A stretch of DNA of 64,000 nt from NCBI RefSeq assembly GCF_964355755.1, contig NC_092670.1, forward strand, positions 34,522,388-34,586,387, read 5' to 3'. Made by a program: the position numbers and the translations under genes. The DNA is from Antedon mediterranea (Eukaryota > Animalia > Echinodermata). Below, in pieces: positions 11,589 through 24,415 of this stretch (position 1 is the first letter of the stretch; each line of letters starts with the position of its first letter). Under the pieces are notes generated by a model. It had not been told where the DNA came from, did no database searches, and saw nothing but the letters and a program-made list of their open reading frames with translations.

Positions 11589-13798
11589 CAGTGTTCTCCC
11601 CAGGCCTTTGAAGCGTCACGGTACCGTGACGCTTGGGTTCTCTACCGTGACGCTTTATGGTCGGCCGTGACGCTTAAAACCTTATCCGTGACGCTTAAAA
11701 ATATCAACCACAACAATCTAAAAATAGATTAACAGGCAGGTACGGTACTTTTTCTAGAGCTGAGGCGCGGCATGCATAAAGAGCCTAATGCATACGAGAC
11801 ACGTGACATGACCACTAGACGAAAAACAAAAGACTGCGTAACAAAGTGTTAAACAACTGAGACTCGCTTTCACCGGCCGCCGCCGAGAGATGTAAACACG
11901 TGTTTTGTTACTGCCATGTCTCTCTTTCGATCTCTAGTATTGGCTGTTGTCTAAAATGTGGTAACTTGTATATTGTAAATAAAGTAAATGATTGATTGTA
12001 TTGTTTTTCTTGTAAAAATGTTATGTGTATTAAAAATAAATATCAATGATATTATTATTTTCAATATCACACTGAATTAATCGACTCTATCGGTGGGATT
12101 TACTCTTTCGTCGGTAACATACGCACGTCATCAAATGATTTCTAGGCGCAATTCAATGCTAGCTGCTTTGATCGTATAATACATTCAAGAAGGCTACGAT
12201 CGTTTTCCTATTTGCTAGTGCGCTAAAGTCTTATTTCACTTAACATTTGTACATCGGTGCTAGAATGTGTTAGGCCCTACTTTGTGAGAAAGTCGAGTGA
12301 CAAGGGATGTCACATGGTATCGTGATATCAGTACTGCATATTGTATGTCACATGGTGCTTTCACCGGCCGCCGCCGAGAGATGTAAGCACGTGTTTTGTT
12401 ACTGCCATCGATCTCTAGTATTGGCTGTTGTCTGAATCGTCTAAAATGTGGTAACTTGTATATTGTAAATAAAGTTTTCAGTTAAAACAATGATTGATTG
12501 TGATTGATTGATTTTTCTTGTAAACATGTTATGTGTATTAAAAACTGAATATCAATGATATTTTCAATATCACATTGAATTAATTGATTCTCTATGGATC
12601 GGTGGGATTTACTCTTTCGTCGGTAACATACGCACATCATCAAATGACAAAGGCGCGATTGATTTTCTAGGCGCAATTCAATGCTAGCTGCTTTGATCGT
12701 ATAATACATTCAAGAAGAAGGCTACAATCGTTTTCCTATTTGCTAGTGCGCTATGAAGTCTTATTTCCGGGCAACTAGAGGCGTCTTACTAATGATGAGT
12801 AGGCCTAGTTTTATTTGAACGCAAAAAAAATGTTTTTTTATCGCATATGTTTACCCGCCGGCGAAAAAAAAAGTAGGCTACGATCGTTTTAATGTTTGCT
12901 AACGCGCTATAAGGTGTCGTTTCCGGCTAACTACAGTTGCCTACTGCCTGATGTGTAGGCATATTTTTGTTTTCATTTATCGCGTATGTTTACCTGCGGA
13001 AAAGGCTACGATCGGGCTGTTTGCTAGCGCGCTCTATGAAGGTGTCCTTTCCGGCCAACTACAGAGTTGTCCTACTGATTAGTAGGCATTTTTTATTTGA
13101 TCGGGGAATTCCCCTTGACGTTCGTAATGAACGCAAAAAATGTTTCTTATCGCGTATGTTTACCGGCGGCGGAAAAAGTAGGCTACAATCGTGCGGTTTG
13201 GTAGCGCGCTATGAAGTGTCTTTCCGGCCAACTACTACAGAGTTGTCCTACTCATGAGTAGGCCTAGTTTTATTTCATCGAGGAATTCCCCTTGACGTTC
13301 GTATTGAATTGAATGCACAAACATTTTTTTATCGCGTATGTTTACTGGCGGAAAAAGTATGCTACGATGGTTTTACTGTTTGCTAGTGCGCTATAAAGTT
13401 TCGTTTCCGGCCAACTAGAGTTGTCCTACTGATGAGTAGGCTTAGATTAGGCCTATTTTTTTCATTGGGGCTTCCCCCTGACGTTCGTAATGAACGCAAA
13501 AAATGTTTCTTCACGTATGTTTACCGGCGGAAAAAGTTGGCTACGATCGTTTTGTTGTTTGCTAGCGCGCTAGTGTTATTTCCGGCCAAACCAGAGGTGT
13601 CATTCAACATAAATGTTAAGTGCGAGAGTACCATTTCCGGCCATCTAGGGTGTAAATTACCAAAAATCGCTTCCCCACAGCCCCAACCATGGTGGGGCTG
13701 TGACTCAAGTACTTAGTCTCATCGGAATTCCCCCTCCCCCCTGTAAGGGAGGGGGGGCGGAAGCGTGACGCTTGATGTGAATCCTGGGGAGAACACTG
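11589..13798. mobile_element. Non-autonomous 2.2-kb TIR DNA transposon, hAT-like termini, 5-bp TSD
   Basis: Perfect 16-bp TIR CAGTGTTCTCCCCAGG / CCTGGGGAGAACACTG. TCATC is duplicated at 11584-11588 and 13799-13803. Subterminal CGTGACGCTT repeats at both ends. No transposase ORF. Confidence 0.88.
11866..13600. repeat. Internal repeats of the 2.2-kb element: ~370-410 bp direct duplication plus a ~130-180 bp tandem array
   Basis: 11866-12237 is repeated at 12357-12767. Units starting AGGCTACGATCG-like recur near 12719, 12875, 13003, 13179, 13359 and 13539. Confidence 0.85.
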
Positions 13799-15132
13799 TC
13801 ATCAGATCACCGAAACGTTGGGCCTGGTTAGAGCTTGGATGGGAGACCATCTGGGAATATCGGGTGCTGTATATGAGGGTCCCATTAGGCATTTGAAGCA
13901 GCACTGCTGACTCTTATAGCAGCCCCTGCATCAAGTATCTGCCTCAGACGTATTGGCCCATGCTTTTCCTTTGGTCAAGGTGGGCACTGGACGAGAGAAG
14001 CCCTTGATCAATGTTAGGACCAGGTGCTTTAAACAGTCCTGGCTTAGGTTCATTCAGATGAATGTAAAACTAAATGACAGACGTCGGCCATAAAAAAATT
14101 AAATAAATTACGTTAAGTTGCATATCAAAAAAGTATTTTTGTTATGTTAGACACTTTAGGGACTTACTTACAGCAATGATTCTTGGTGTGAAATGAATAG
14201 TAGTACCATGTGAGGAATTGAACCCAGGAACAGGTAAATGAGTGTGCTCCAAACGTACTGTGGCTCCAAATTTTAAAGAGCTTACTCTACACCAACCACA
14301 TAATATATGGTTAAATTGATAAAAATACAGGCTTACTAGAATAAATATAAATATAGTCTAAGAGTAAATAAATATCGTCATTTTCAAAAGAACATTAATA
14401 AAGAACCAAAAACTGATTGACATATATTGAGGAAGCTGAATCCTAACATTTTATTGAGGAACAAAACATGTAAAGAAAATCTTCTGAAAAGGTTAAAGAA
14501 AAAACAATTATCTTTTATTTACACCAGGTGAGTCATACTTAGACTAAAATATAAAAAAGTGAAGAAAACAAAGTGTCTATTGTTTTGTAGACATAGACAA
14601 TCAGATAAACTTTTTATTGTGGTTTAACAGTAGGGCAAAATAAAACGGTTTTGTTATGCACTTTAACTTTAGTACAAATAGTCTGTACTATACGAATATA
14701 GCACATATTCATTTTTAGTATCAGTATTTGAGTAGTACCTCTTCTTGCCGGTTTGTTTGTGAAAGTAGTACAGTATCTCATCTGATTTTCTGTTTTGTGT
14801 TAAACTATATGCATACATTTCATCAGAATTATTTAGTAACAGGTAAGAATTATGTTTTTATTACTTTGTAATGCACTGTGTATTGTTAATTCATCATTTA
14901 ATGAGAATATACAATAGTCTATTAATTTCCTCCAAGATTTACTGTGTTCAAAAGTTGATCAAACCATGGAGAAAAAATGTATTATTATTATTAATTATTA
15001 TCCATGATTAAATATTTTAATATTAAAAGTAACAAACAGGTTTCTTTATGCTTATGCCCGAGCATTTATATTATTAGAATTACTTAAACAAGGCAGCATA
15101 CTCCAGATGAATGTATTTAAAATCGGAGTGTG

Positions 15133-15335
15133 CAGTGGTGTAATGAAGAGGCCTGAGCTCCTGGTTTAGGAACCCTAATAGGCTCTCCAACACTGGAGTC
15201 CTCAGCTGTTTTTAATGTAGCCTTTTTCTACATATTTTAATGCCTGTTTATTCCTTTGGACACTGCTCAGGGGCCCCCATAAGCTCTGGGGCCCCTGGGT
15301 TTAGCCAGTGAGCGCTCATAGACGTTACGCCACTG
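15133..15335. mobile_element. hAT-type MITE (CAGTGG...CCACTG)
   Basis: TIR CAGTGGTGTAA / TTACGCCACTG with 8-bp flanks GGAGTGTG / GGTGTGTG. Related copies at 29934-30057 and ~46990-47179. Confidence 0.75.
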
Positions 15336-17046
15336 GGTGTGTGTTGAGTTATGTCTTGAGATCAAGAGTTGTTGAAAAAAGATCAGATTTATTTAGTTTT
15401 TACTGGACATTAAAAAAAGTACATTGTGTTACTTTCCTCCAAATCTTGTCATACAATATTTTGTCTTCAAATTATCAGTTGTTGGTGAAAAAAAATATTA
15501 TATTTATACCAATGAACTTTTATGTAGTTTGTACTTGATCTAAAAGTAGTGTTAATTTCTTGATTTGATAAACTGTTTTTTTTTTAAATATTAATTATTA
15601 ATAATTAGTATTCTTTGATTAAATCTTGTTTATTTATGCTAGTTTTCCATGAGTACAGATAATTAGAAAATGAGTTTCAATTATGCCTTTTTATTGCTTT
15701 AAAAGTCTATAAACAATAAGGCAATTTTTGCTAGATTTGCCTGCCTGGGAATATTAGGAAATTACAAGCTTTTGAAACTCTATTAATAAATAGCTCAATC
15801 GAGAGCACTATTTTCTAACAGTAATCTGGAAGTAGAAACTAGATATTTTTTTAAGTATTTTAACGGCTTTTTAATGATCTGATTTACTGTGTACTTTTAT
15901 ATATTATATTGTTGTTAGAGTCTTTTAAATTTTTACTTTGTACGTTGTTTGCAGAATTTTTCAGCCATTGGCTGCCTTCTGTTTGTACTATTTATGTGTT
16001 TTTTTATGAATAAATACCTATATATACCTATATATATTAGTTAAGACAAAATATTAAAATATTAGTTAAGTTTTTGTGGAAACACTGATTCACAAACAAG
16101 GTCATACTGACTTTAAAGTTCAACAAATAAATAAAATCTAGTAATAAAGCTTAATGTAACTTTACAGCAACATAGACAGACCTGCAACAATTAATGTACA
16201 GAGTTACAAATTTTGTAGACATTACATTTTGTGATATGATTTTTGAATAGCATTTACAATGTTTGAAGACACTTACTAATAATAGTAATACATCAAAGGG
16301 GTATATTACTGTATAGAGAAATTACTTTTTAACATTCTTATTATATTAAGCCGAAAGAAAGGTACAAGTTCTATAAACTATGCAGCAGATAGTCTGTAAC
16401 TACCAGTAGGTTATAGATAAGATGTTTTTTTTTTTCTAGACTTAACATGAAATGTATGGGAATACCCTGTCTTTTACTTTAGCAACAGAGTAACCAGGAT
16501 GTACTTAATGTTAACGTTGTTCTCATTAGTTTCAACAGAGTAAGAGTTGACTGTGTAACTGCAAAATGAAACCTTTCTATTGTCTAGAATGCCTGAAATG
16601 TTGTGAAAGTTAATAGAGATTTTGTTTCGTTGTGAGAAGTACTGGACAAGAACGGCTGCTGTTAAGGCCTTACAGCATACAGTGTAAGTATTGAAAATCT
16701 CTCTTATATAATTATTTTATTTCAAAACAGCAAGTAAACACTGAATAATGTGTTTTGATTGAGCCTACCTCCTTGCATTGCAAGAATGTATTATTCTAGA
16801 ATAGTTCACTGATTACATCTTTTTACAAGTCCAAATAAAGTCTTGATTATTGTAAATTAGCATTTAATGCGACTGTACAAACAAGGGTAAATATTAAAAA
16901 ATCAACAAGAAACTTGTCAAAATCCAAAATTCTTTTCCTTTTTTCTTTTCTCAAAGCTATTTCATTGTCTGAACTATGTAATTAATTAAAAATTGAGCAC
17001 TAATAATACATTATTAATGTTACTATTCCTTTTCAGAAAATTAAAC

Positions 17047-18039
17047 ATGACCAAAATGTTGCATGAATTAACAAAAGTTGAACAGATTGCTTCATCGTTT
17101 CATATAATTTTCTTGTTGATGTTTTCTATCATCGGTATTTGTGGAAACAGTCTTACAATAATCGCAGTTATACGAGTACACAAACTATCAACACCCACAA
17201 ACTTCTTTATCGCAAATCTCGCTGTAGCCGATCTCATCGTTTGTCTGTTTGTGAACCCATTCTACGTATTAACAATCATACACCAAGAGTGGCCATTGGG
17301 TAATGCTATTTGTAAATACATTGGGTTTGCAACGGCTTGGACTTGCGGAGCTTCTCTGATGAACTTGGCAGCGATCGCAATCAATCGTTATATCTGTATT
17401 GTGCAGTCTAAACATTATACAGACATTTTCTCGAAAAAAAATACCATATTATTCTGTTGTTTAACGTGGTTATTAGCGCTTCTATCGGTCTTACCGCCGC
17501 TACTTGGATTTGGAAGCTACGGTCTGAATATTAATCTTATGTCTTGCAACATATCAAGTTCACGGGAATCGTGGAAATATATGGCTACGATTTTAACCAT
17601 TTACTTTGGATGTACCGCAGTTATCATCTTCATTTGCTATTACAAGATCTTTAAATTGCTTAAAACGAGTTCGGTTAAAATTCAAACGCAACCAACATCA
17701 GATAGAAGAATGTCGACGCATGGACGCAGAAGCTTGCTTCGTCCGTCAGATATCAAGATAGCTAAAAATCTTCTTCTGGTTTCTCTCGTGTTCGCAATCT
17801 GCTGGGCGCCAATCATGATATTGTCTATTGCCGATGTAAAAGGAAACACTTCCAAAACTTTATGGCGTGCTGTTGGCGTTTTAGCTCTTGCAAACTCTAT
17901 GATTAATCCAATTATTTATGCGTGGAAAAACAGAGGATTTAAACAGGCCTATCTACAGACTATAAAATGCAACTGCGCTAATTTTCAAGCAAGCATTAGT
18001 GAAAACTCCAGACCATGTGAGTCAGGTCATTCAAAATGA
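17047..18039 (+). CDS. Class A GPCR, melatonin-receptor-like, 330 aa, paralog of the 1608-2654 gene
   Basis: TM1 GN, TM2 NLAVADL, TM3 IAINRY, TM6 FAICWAP, TM7 NSMINPIIY. Clear similarity to the first GPCR (e.g. WPL, DIF, PP..GFG, YAWKN). Acceptor TTTTCAG ends at 17036, so the real start is ATG 17047 rather than 16993. Candidate 5' UTR donors at 14843 and 16684. Confidence 0.92.
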   Translation: MTKMLHELTKVEQIASSFHIIFLLMFSIIGICGNSLTIIAVIRVHKLSTPTNFFIANLAVADLIVCLFVNPFYVLTIIHQEWPLGNAICKYIGFATAWTCGASLMNLAAIAINRYICIVQSKHYTDIFSKKNTILFCCLTWLLALLSVLPPLLGFGSYGLNINLMSCNISSSRESWKYMATILTIYFGCTAVIIFICYYKIFKLLKTSSVKIQTQPTSDRRMSTHGRRSLLRPSDIKIAKNLLLVSLVFAICWAPIMILSIADVKGNTSKTLWRAVGVLALANSMINPIIYAWKNRGFKQAYLQTIKCNCANFQASISENSRPCESGHSK

Positions 18040-18172
18040 ATGGAAGTAGATCATGAAATTTTTTTTACTGGGCAGGTAACGGTCGTTAAAACCAACTGCT
18101 AAGCTTCGTTTAGTTTGAGGAAATTGTAGCCAGCGTTGGCATTGGACGTTTTTGTAAGTAATTTTATTTTAA

Positions 18173-18485
18173 CACATTGACTGCCAAGGCATTTTCCGTA
18201 ATTTCTGTCCCAGTGCCAAGTCCCGTTTGAGATGATTATATTGAGTGTGAGGGCGCCATATTCAATGCATGAGGGAATAAACACAAACAAACATATGACA
18301 TTTATTTTTAGATTATCGTTTACGTACATCATTCATAAACTGCCATGCGATAATTCCTGTTCCAATCACCACTGCCAGCGATTCTACATACAATACAAAG
18401 TGCTACGATTTTGACGTAGTATTACGTCTTGGCAAGTAGCGACACGCAATTTTTGACGTATAAATACGCCGTGGCAGTGAACGTG
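18173..18485. mobile_element. piggyBac-like MITE just downstream of the second GPCR
   Basis: TTAA-CACATTGACTGCCA ... TGGCAGTGAACGTG-TTAA. Confidence 0.72.
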
Positions 18486-21400
18486 TTAAGTTGTATCTAT
18501 AGGAATTTCAACAATTTCTAGATTTTTTTAAATCAAAATTTAAGATTTCTTATGATACTGTATATTTCCACGCTGTTAATGTTAATATAAATGGTACTGA
18601 GACTACAGAAGGATCAGTAATGTGTAATTTATACAGTATATATACAGTATATGAAATGTCTGTGAATGTTTTATTTATTTACATTTTCTTTAGTGTATAT
18701 TTAAATATATATCATTAGGCATCCTGTTAATAGCTTCTTACTTTTGGATGTTATTAAAATAAATATGATGAGACAACACCAGGACCAATCCTACACTTCT
18801 CTCCTTAAAAGGTTTATTTATATATATATTTAGTTTTTATATTTATAATAATGGATAGACACTTTTGTTCTCAAGCTAGGGAGAATTTTGTACTCTGTAT
18901 TCTTTTTTCTTAAAAAATAAAAGATGAAATAAATTAAATGATTCTAGCAGTATATGCTAGTGTTAGAATTTAAGCAGATAATTAGTCAATAACAACAACA
19001 GCCAGGAGGAAAAACAGACAGTCTATTGAGTATGCAATCAAATGCAAAGTACACTAAGAACTCCTTTTTTATTACCTGGTAAGGGTATACATAATGCACG
19101 ATTAATTAATTAAGGTGTGGGCATAAGGAGAAGGATGTTACCAAATTGGACATTACAGTAGGTGTGGTGAAATCTCAATCAACCTAATTTGTACTTTTTC
19201 AGGGGCTTTGATAGTTCTTTGATCTTCATGGTAAAAATTGAACCTGGGAAATTTTAATTACCATACCATGACCTTGTGTAGTTCAATGTACTGATGTAAG
19301 GTTTTGAAAAAATTATAAAATAATTATATGTTTAGCTGTAAGTTAATAGCACCATGATAAGTATTCAATATTGGGTATTTATTATAGGGCTGTTTACATG
19401 TTGCTGTATATCCTCTGCATCCTTACACTTACAGTATGCCACTGTTTATAGTAGCCAGGATCTCTCAAGGGGTGTTCGGACAAGTACGGTATTTTATTTT
19501 TCAGGTGAAAATTGGCAATTCATTTTCTACTCTTTGAAATTTACAGACACGTATCGCTCGACGCATGCTCATACAGAGAGGAAGTAGTTAGAGTTATTCA
19601 CGAATAAGTTTACGAATTTTTCAATTTACAAATAACCTTTTGTACAGGGGCACGTATTTGGAGGATTTCAAAAAATGAGGTGGTGAGGGTATTGGGCATG
19701 TCAGGGATTGGGGTTCGCAGTCGGTTAAGGGGGGTTCGCAGTCGGTTAAGGGTGATTTGCAGTCAGTTTAGTAGGGTTCACTGTAAAGGGGGGTTCGCCC
19801 ACCCCCTTTATATCTGTAACTACAGTATGATTTTAATAGTATGCCATGTACAGTACAATGGCAGGACTGGGTTGACCTCTCCAAGGTGTAAGCCTGAGTA
19901 AAAGAATACGTAGACCCAAGCAACAGGTTCCTCTTTCGGTCCTACCGACAGAGTCCGAAGGAATGCAGATTAGCATGAAAATTTAAGAGTCAGATTGGCT
20001 ACAGAAGCTGCTAAAAGGTCGACAGATAGTCAATCCAACTGCACTAGGGACTCGCCTCTCCAAATTTGTTTTCTGAGTGTACTCTTGTACTGTATATCCA
20101 CAAAGGAGCGGAGATTTAGAATGAATGTTTTCTTCTTGTATAGTAACTTTAGTGTTAACCAAATAAGAGGCATAAATTGACATCATAGACAATGGTATAA
20201 ACTGTAATAAAATGAATGGCTCATCAGAAATTTGGCGACGAAACTGTTTATTATATGCATATTTATGGGTAATAAACAAGTTGTGATTTCAAATTAAACT
20301 ATATTTTGTCACGTTCCATATTTCACAAGAATTGGTATCATATGCTAATAAAAAGAACTATAATAATGTAGTTTCAATATATTTAATTGACTATTTTAAT
20401 AAATCAGAAATAGAAATTGTAATTACAGCACAAAAATGCTGAAGTACTACTAGAGCAGATGAAATATTTTAACTCAACAGGAAAGATATTTGCCAGATAC
20501 TGTAATTTCAAGTAAAAGTAAAAGAATTATTTATTTATTACAAATTTGGCAAATAGCCAAAGAGGAAACTATGGCCCATTGGCCCAACACAGAAGTGGGA
20601 ACCTCTTGAAACAATATAATAAATATTTATATTATAAAGTATTACAAAAACAGAATAAACTGGACATTAAAATTAACAAGAAAAATTATGAAAGAATTCA
20701 AATGAAAAGCAACACATTTTTTAATTCTATTTTTTTCATTGCACTCCTCAAACTGTTAGGAAGATAATGTCAGAGTTTTACTGCTAAGATTTTTAGTGAA
20801 GAATAGAAATATTTTTTGGTATTAACAGAGTTGATCGAACAGGATCAACTCTTTAAAGTTTTGTACAGTATTATTATCCCTATTGTTAGGGGAAATATTA
20901 CAGCTGTTGAGTATGTCTTATGTGAAACTAAATGTAGATGGTATTGAATTTAGCAAGAAAATGCTATGTATAGAGCATTTGTAGAAGATTTGATTTGGTG
21001 CTTTTAATTGGCAAAGAAGCTATAGTTGGTCTTTTACAGTCTATTGGAGTTATATCGCTTCAATCGCAATGGCGGATCGCATTAAGGATAAGGGGGTGCA
21101 GTCCCTAAAAATTGTGATATTATGTGCTGAACTTAACCTAATGTCCTATATTTAGCATTATAACTTTGGAGGAGGAGGAGGAACTATGGGAGGAAGAGAT
21201 ACAACACCCATTTGACAAAAACAAAACATTCATTATTTGTTTTATAATATAACATTCATATCTACTATTCTAAAAGTAAAGTTTTATTCCATCTTGAAAT
21301 TAGGCACTCTGGATTTGGCTGCGGAGTGGAGATAAACAGCACACACTACAGGGTGGATTTCCATCAAACATCATTCATTAGCCGCGCATCACACACAATT

Positions 21401-22605
21401 CTCACAATACTGTAAACTAAAAGTTTCTTAAGGTGCAATTAGTATAGGATGTATGCAAATATTGTGTTATTCTACCAAAAAACCCAACCAGATATCCCAG
21501 TCCCCTAAAGACTGTCTGGGTTTTATTTGAATCAGTTGTACAATGGTTTTAAAAGCTGTAATACTGTAATAACTATTTCTCAATTTGGAAACTACAGTAT
21601 AGTTGTAGACAGTAACCCATCTCAATACAGGACACCCTTGGGCTGGCCTATGGTTTTCTGGGAAGTCTGGTATTCTGAATGTGAGACCATTCGGATATCA
21701 AGAAAAAGCTGATTTTGTAAAAATGTTCAGAGATTCTCGTATTGGTAGAGTTGACTGTATTACAACTGTTACAGTATTTGTATACTACTATACCATTTTG
21801 AATACTGTTTGTCAAGTAGGTATACTTCACTACAGGAAGGGACCTTACTTATGTACTGTATGTGACATCATCTAGTAAACTGTGCTTTATATAAAAACTC
21901 ATAATATGTATGAATTATTGTGAATCGCTTTGATAAGAGCGCTGTTGTGACTTGTTACAAAAACAACAGGTGATCTAATAGAAACAAACCCTACAAGGAC
22001 GGGAATGTTGATTGAAGTATCTGTTCCTGAAGTGCTCTTCTCAAACTGAATCGTTTGTGTGACAACACAATTTATTTAATATACGGCCAAGATAAATACA
22101 AAATAATAATTTGAGTTGAACATAGAACCGTAAATAAGGTCAAAACCAGAACAAAAACATTTTTTCTTGTCCTGTTACACCTTATATTTGATAAAAATAC
22201 AGAACGATAACTACTGTATATGTCGTGTAAGAATGAAACACATACAGATACTGTATTATATAGATAGTGAAAAAATCTGATTAAAAAAATAAATTACAGC
22301 TTTTAGGAGGAATTGCAAACGAAAGAGTATTTGCGAAAAGAAGTAAAAGGAATGACATTGTTTTATTAAAGTATCATTTAATTTATTCCATAATTGGGGA
22401 CCTAAGACAGAAATAAAATAAGCAGAGCTGCGTAATCGAACAAAAGGAATAAATTTAAACTGCGAGCATTGCTAAATAAATCTAACATGGTCGGACAAAG
22501 TAAATTATGAAAAAAATGGAACATAAAAGATGACAGTTGAACGTTGTGAATATCACAAAATTTTTAATTAATAAATTCAGTTATTTATATAAAGGAGTGG
22601 GTGAT

Positions 22606-22810
22606 CAGGCCTTGTCTTTTAAAAATTATACTGTAGGTGTGAAACAAATTGCACTCCTCAATACATTCAGGGGTGCTGTAGGTGTGCTGTTTGTATTTTG
22701 GTGTGTAGAAGATTACCAAATTTAAACGTGTTTTAAATCGCATTCCTCAAGGGCAGTTTAGAGTGTGTTACTGTAGGTGAGTGATCGCACTCGTTAAAAG
22801 ACAAGGCCTG
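22606..22810. mobile_element. MITE with CAGG termini (hAT-like)
   Basis: Perfect 17-bp TIR CAGGCCTTGTCTTTTAA / TTAAAAGACAAGGCCTG. The internal part recurs at ~60030-60170. Confidence 0.78.
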
Positions 22811-24133
22811 GGTTATGGAAGGTTAAAAAGTAAGTTTCAGTAAGTTAATTTTATTGAAACTGGAGACTGATGATTGATAATAATGGTTAACTAGCCTCAT
22901 TCACAACGATTATTTGCCCCTCTTGTGGAAGAGGTGCCCTTTTGTAGAAAACAAAAAATACACATAATGACTACGGTTGATGAATTAATAAAAACCTTAA
23001 AAACCCAACTTTAACCAGCAGAAAATCAACTAAAAATACAAACACGACATTAATGAATGCACATTCTTAACCAGCACAAAATAAAACAAGTTGAACAACC
23101 TTTAGATTGGGATTGTCTGTACTTTAGTAATTACTGAAAATAGAATTGTGTAAGATATAAAACTTACTTCCAGTATTATCAAGCAAGCACAACATTTAAC
23201 GAGATTTTGAGTAGTATTATCCTATTGAGTAAGTATACAAGCAGAGGAAATTGTTTTATGAAACTAATATAATCTAAAAATGTATGACAAAGGTAATTTG
23301 ACATAAAAAATATATTATTTTAATTTAATTTATTAACTATTGTAAATTGAAGAGATGACTTTAATTGAGAGGTTCTGGGTTAAAATCCCTGGCAGTGGAC
23401 CTTTAATATGCAAAATTTTAAAATGAAATGAAAGTTATAATTTAAAAATTGAAATAAGATAAATACATATAGTGCCAGTAAAGAAGAAAGAACACCACAA
23501 AAATAACGACTGGACATGACAGACTGAACATAACAAACAGAGCGACAGTTCAACAACGATCGTTTGAAAACGATCAAGTTGAAATGATAACGATAGCGAG
23601 TACCTTTTCCTGTAAATCGTTAACATTTCAATGTTTACGTAGAAAAGATAGCCGATTATTGTTAACGATAGCGTCGATTAACGTCGACAGGAAAACAGGC
23701 TTATGCCAGTTGGGGTTGGCCTGGCATGGTGTGGAAAAAATATAATAAATGTATTATATAGGAAATTAAAAGATTTTTTTTATGCAATTATTCATATGAA
23801 CAAAACAAATGAACCAAATGCACAATAATTTTCATTTCAAAGGTGTGGCTAACAGAGCATGCTCAATGTAATCAAGGTTCTGCTTTAAATTCACTGTATG
23901 AACATAGTTAAAGAAATAGAGGGCGGCATTACTATAATTAAAATAAATGTCAATGCACATCAAAATATACAAATAAAGGACAGAATACACAAACAGAATA
24001 CATTAACCATGCATAAATTTATTTACAATATTTTACAATGATGGTCCTAACTACACTTTATATAAAAGAAGCTAACAAATATTTTTTTTTTGTGGTTTGC
24101 ACATTTTCATAGCGAAAATAATACGTCGGTACT

Positions 24134-24415
24134 TTGATAAAGCACATCGTCAGCTTGATCGCATTCCACCAAGCAGGTACGTCGACATTCTTTGTGTACT
24201 ATCAATCTCTAGCGTTACCAACGATCAATCACAGTGAAGTGTAAAAGGAGCAAGTTGATAAAAGCCACGTGGTGAGCTTGGTCACGTTCCACTAAGCAGG
24301 TCGGCATCCTTTGTGATCGTCACTCCTGTATTGTAGAGTAGCAGTACCTCCGATGATCAATCACAGTCAATGAATAGAGTTGATGAAGCTACATGGTCAT
24401 TTAACGATCGTTTAA
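24134..24415. repeat. Degenerate ~122-bp tandem repeat, about 2.3 copies
   Basis: TTGATAAAGC...TTCCAC.AAGCAGGT...GATCAATCACAGT repeats at ~24134, ~24255 and ~24380. Confidence 0.65.

Larger units (their letters stand above)
11551..13874 (+). pseudogene. 5S rRNA pseudogene / 5S-derived SINE head, split by a transposon (5S parts 11551-11588 and 13804-13874)
   Basis: GTATACGGCTTTACCATGTTGAAACACCGGTTCTCATC joined to AGATCACCGAA-ACGTTGGGCCTGGTTAGAGCTTGGATGGGAGACCATCTGGGAATATCGGGTGCTGTATAT reconstitutes an animal 5S sequence. The box A segment (GTTAAGCA) is deleted and no oligo-T terminator follows. Confidence 0.85.

Noticed and set aside
12967-13716. ORFs of 94-96 aa inside the 2.2-kb element as a possible transposase
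   Set aside because: They are translations of the internal tandem array with no DDE, BED-finger or dimerisation motifs.
11551-13874. Functional 5S rRNA gene
   Set aside because: Interrupted by a 2.2-kb insertion, box A segment deleted, and no oligo-T terminator.
16993-17046. N-terminal extension of the second GPCR given by the ORF track
   Set aside because: It starts at a non-ATG codon and runs through a polypyrimidine tract and AG acceptor at 17036, so it is mostly intronic.
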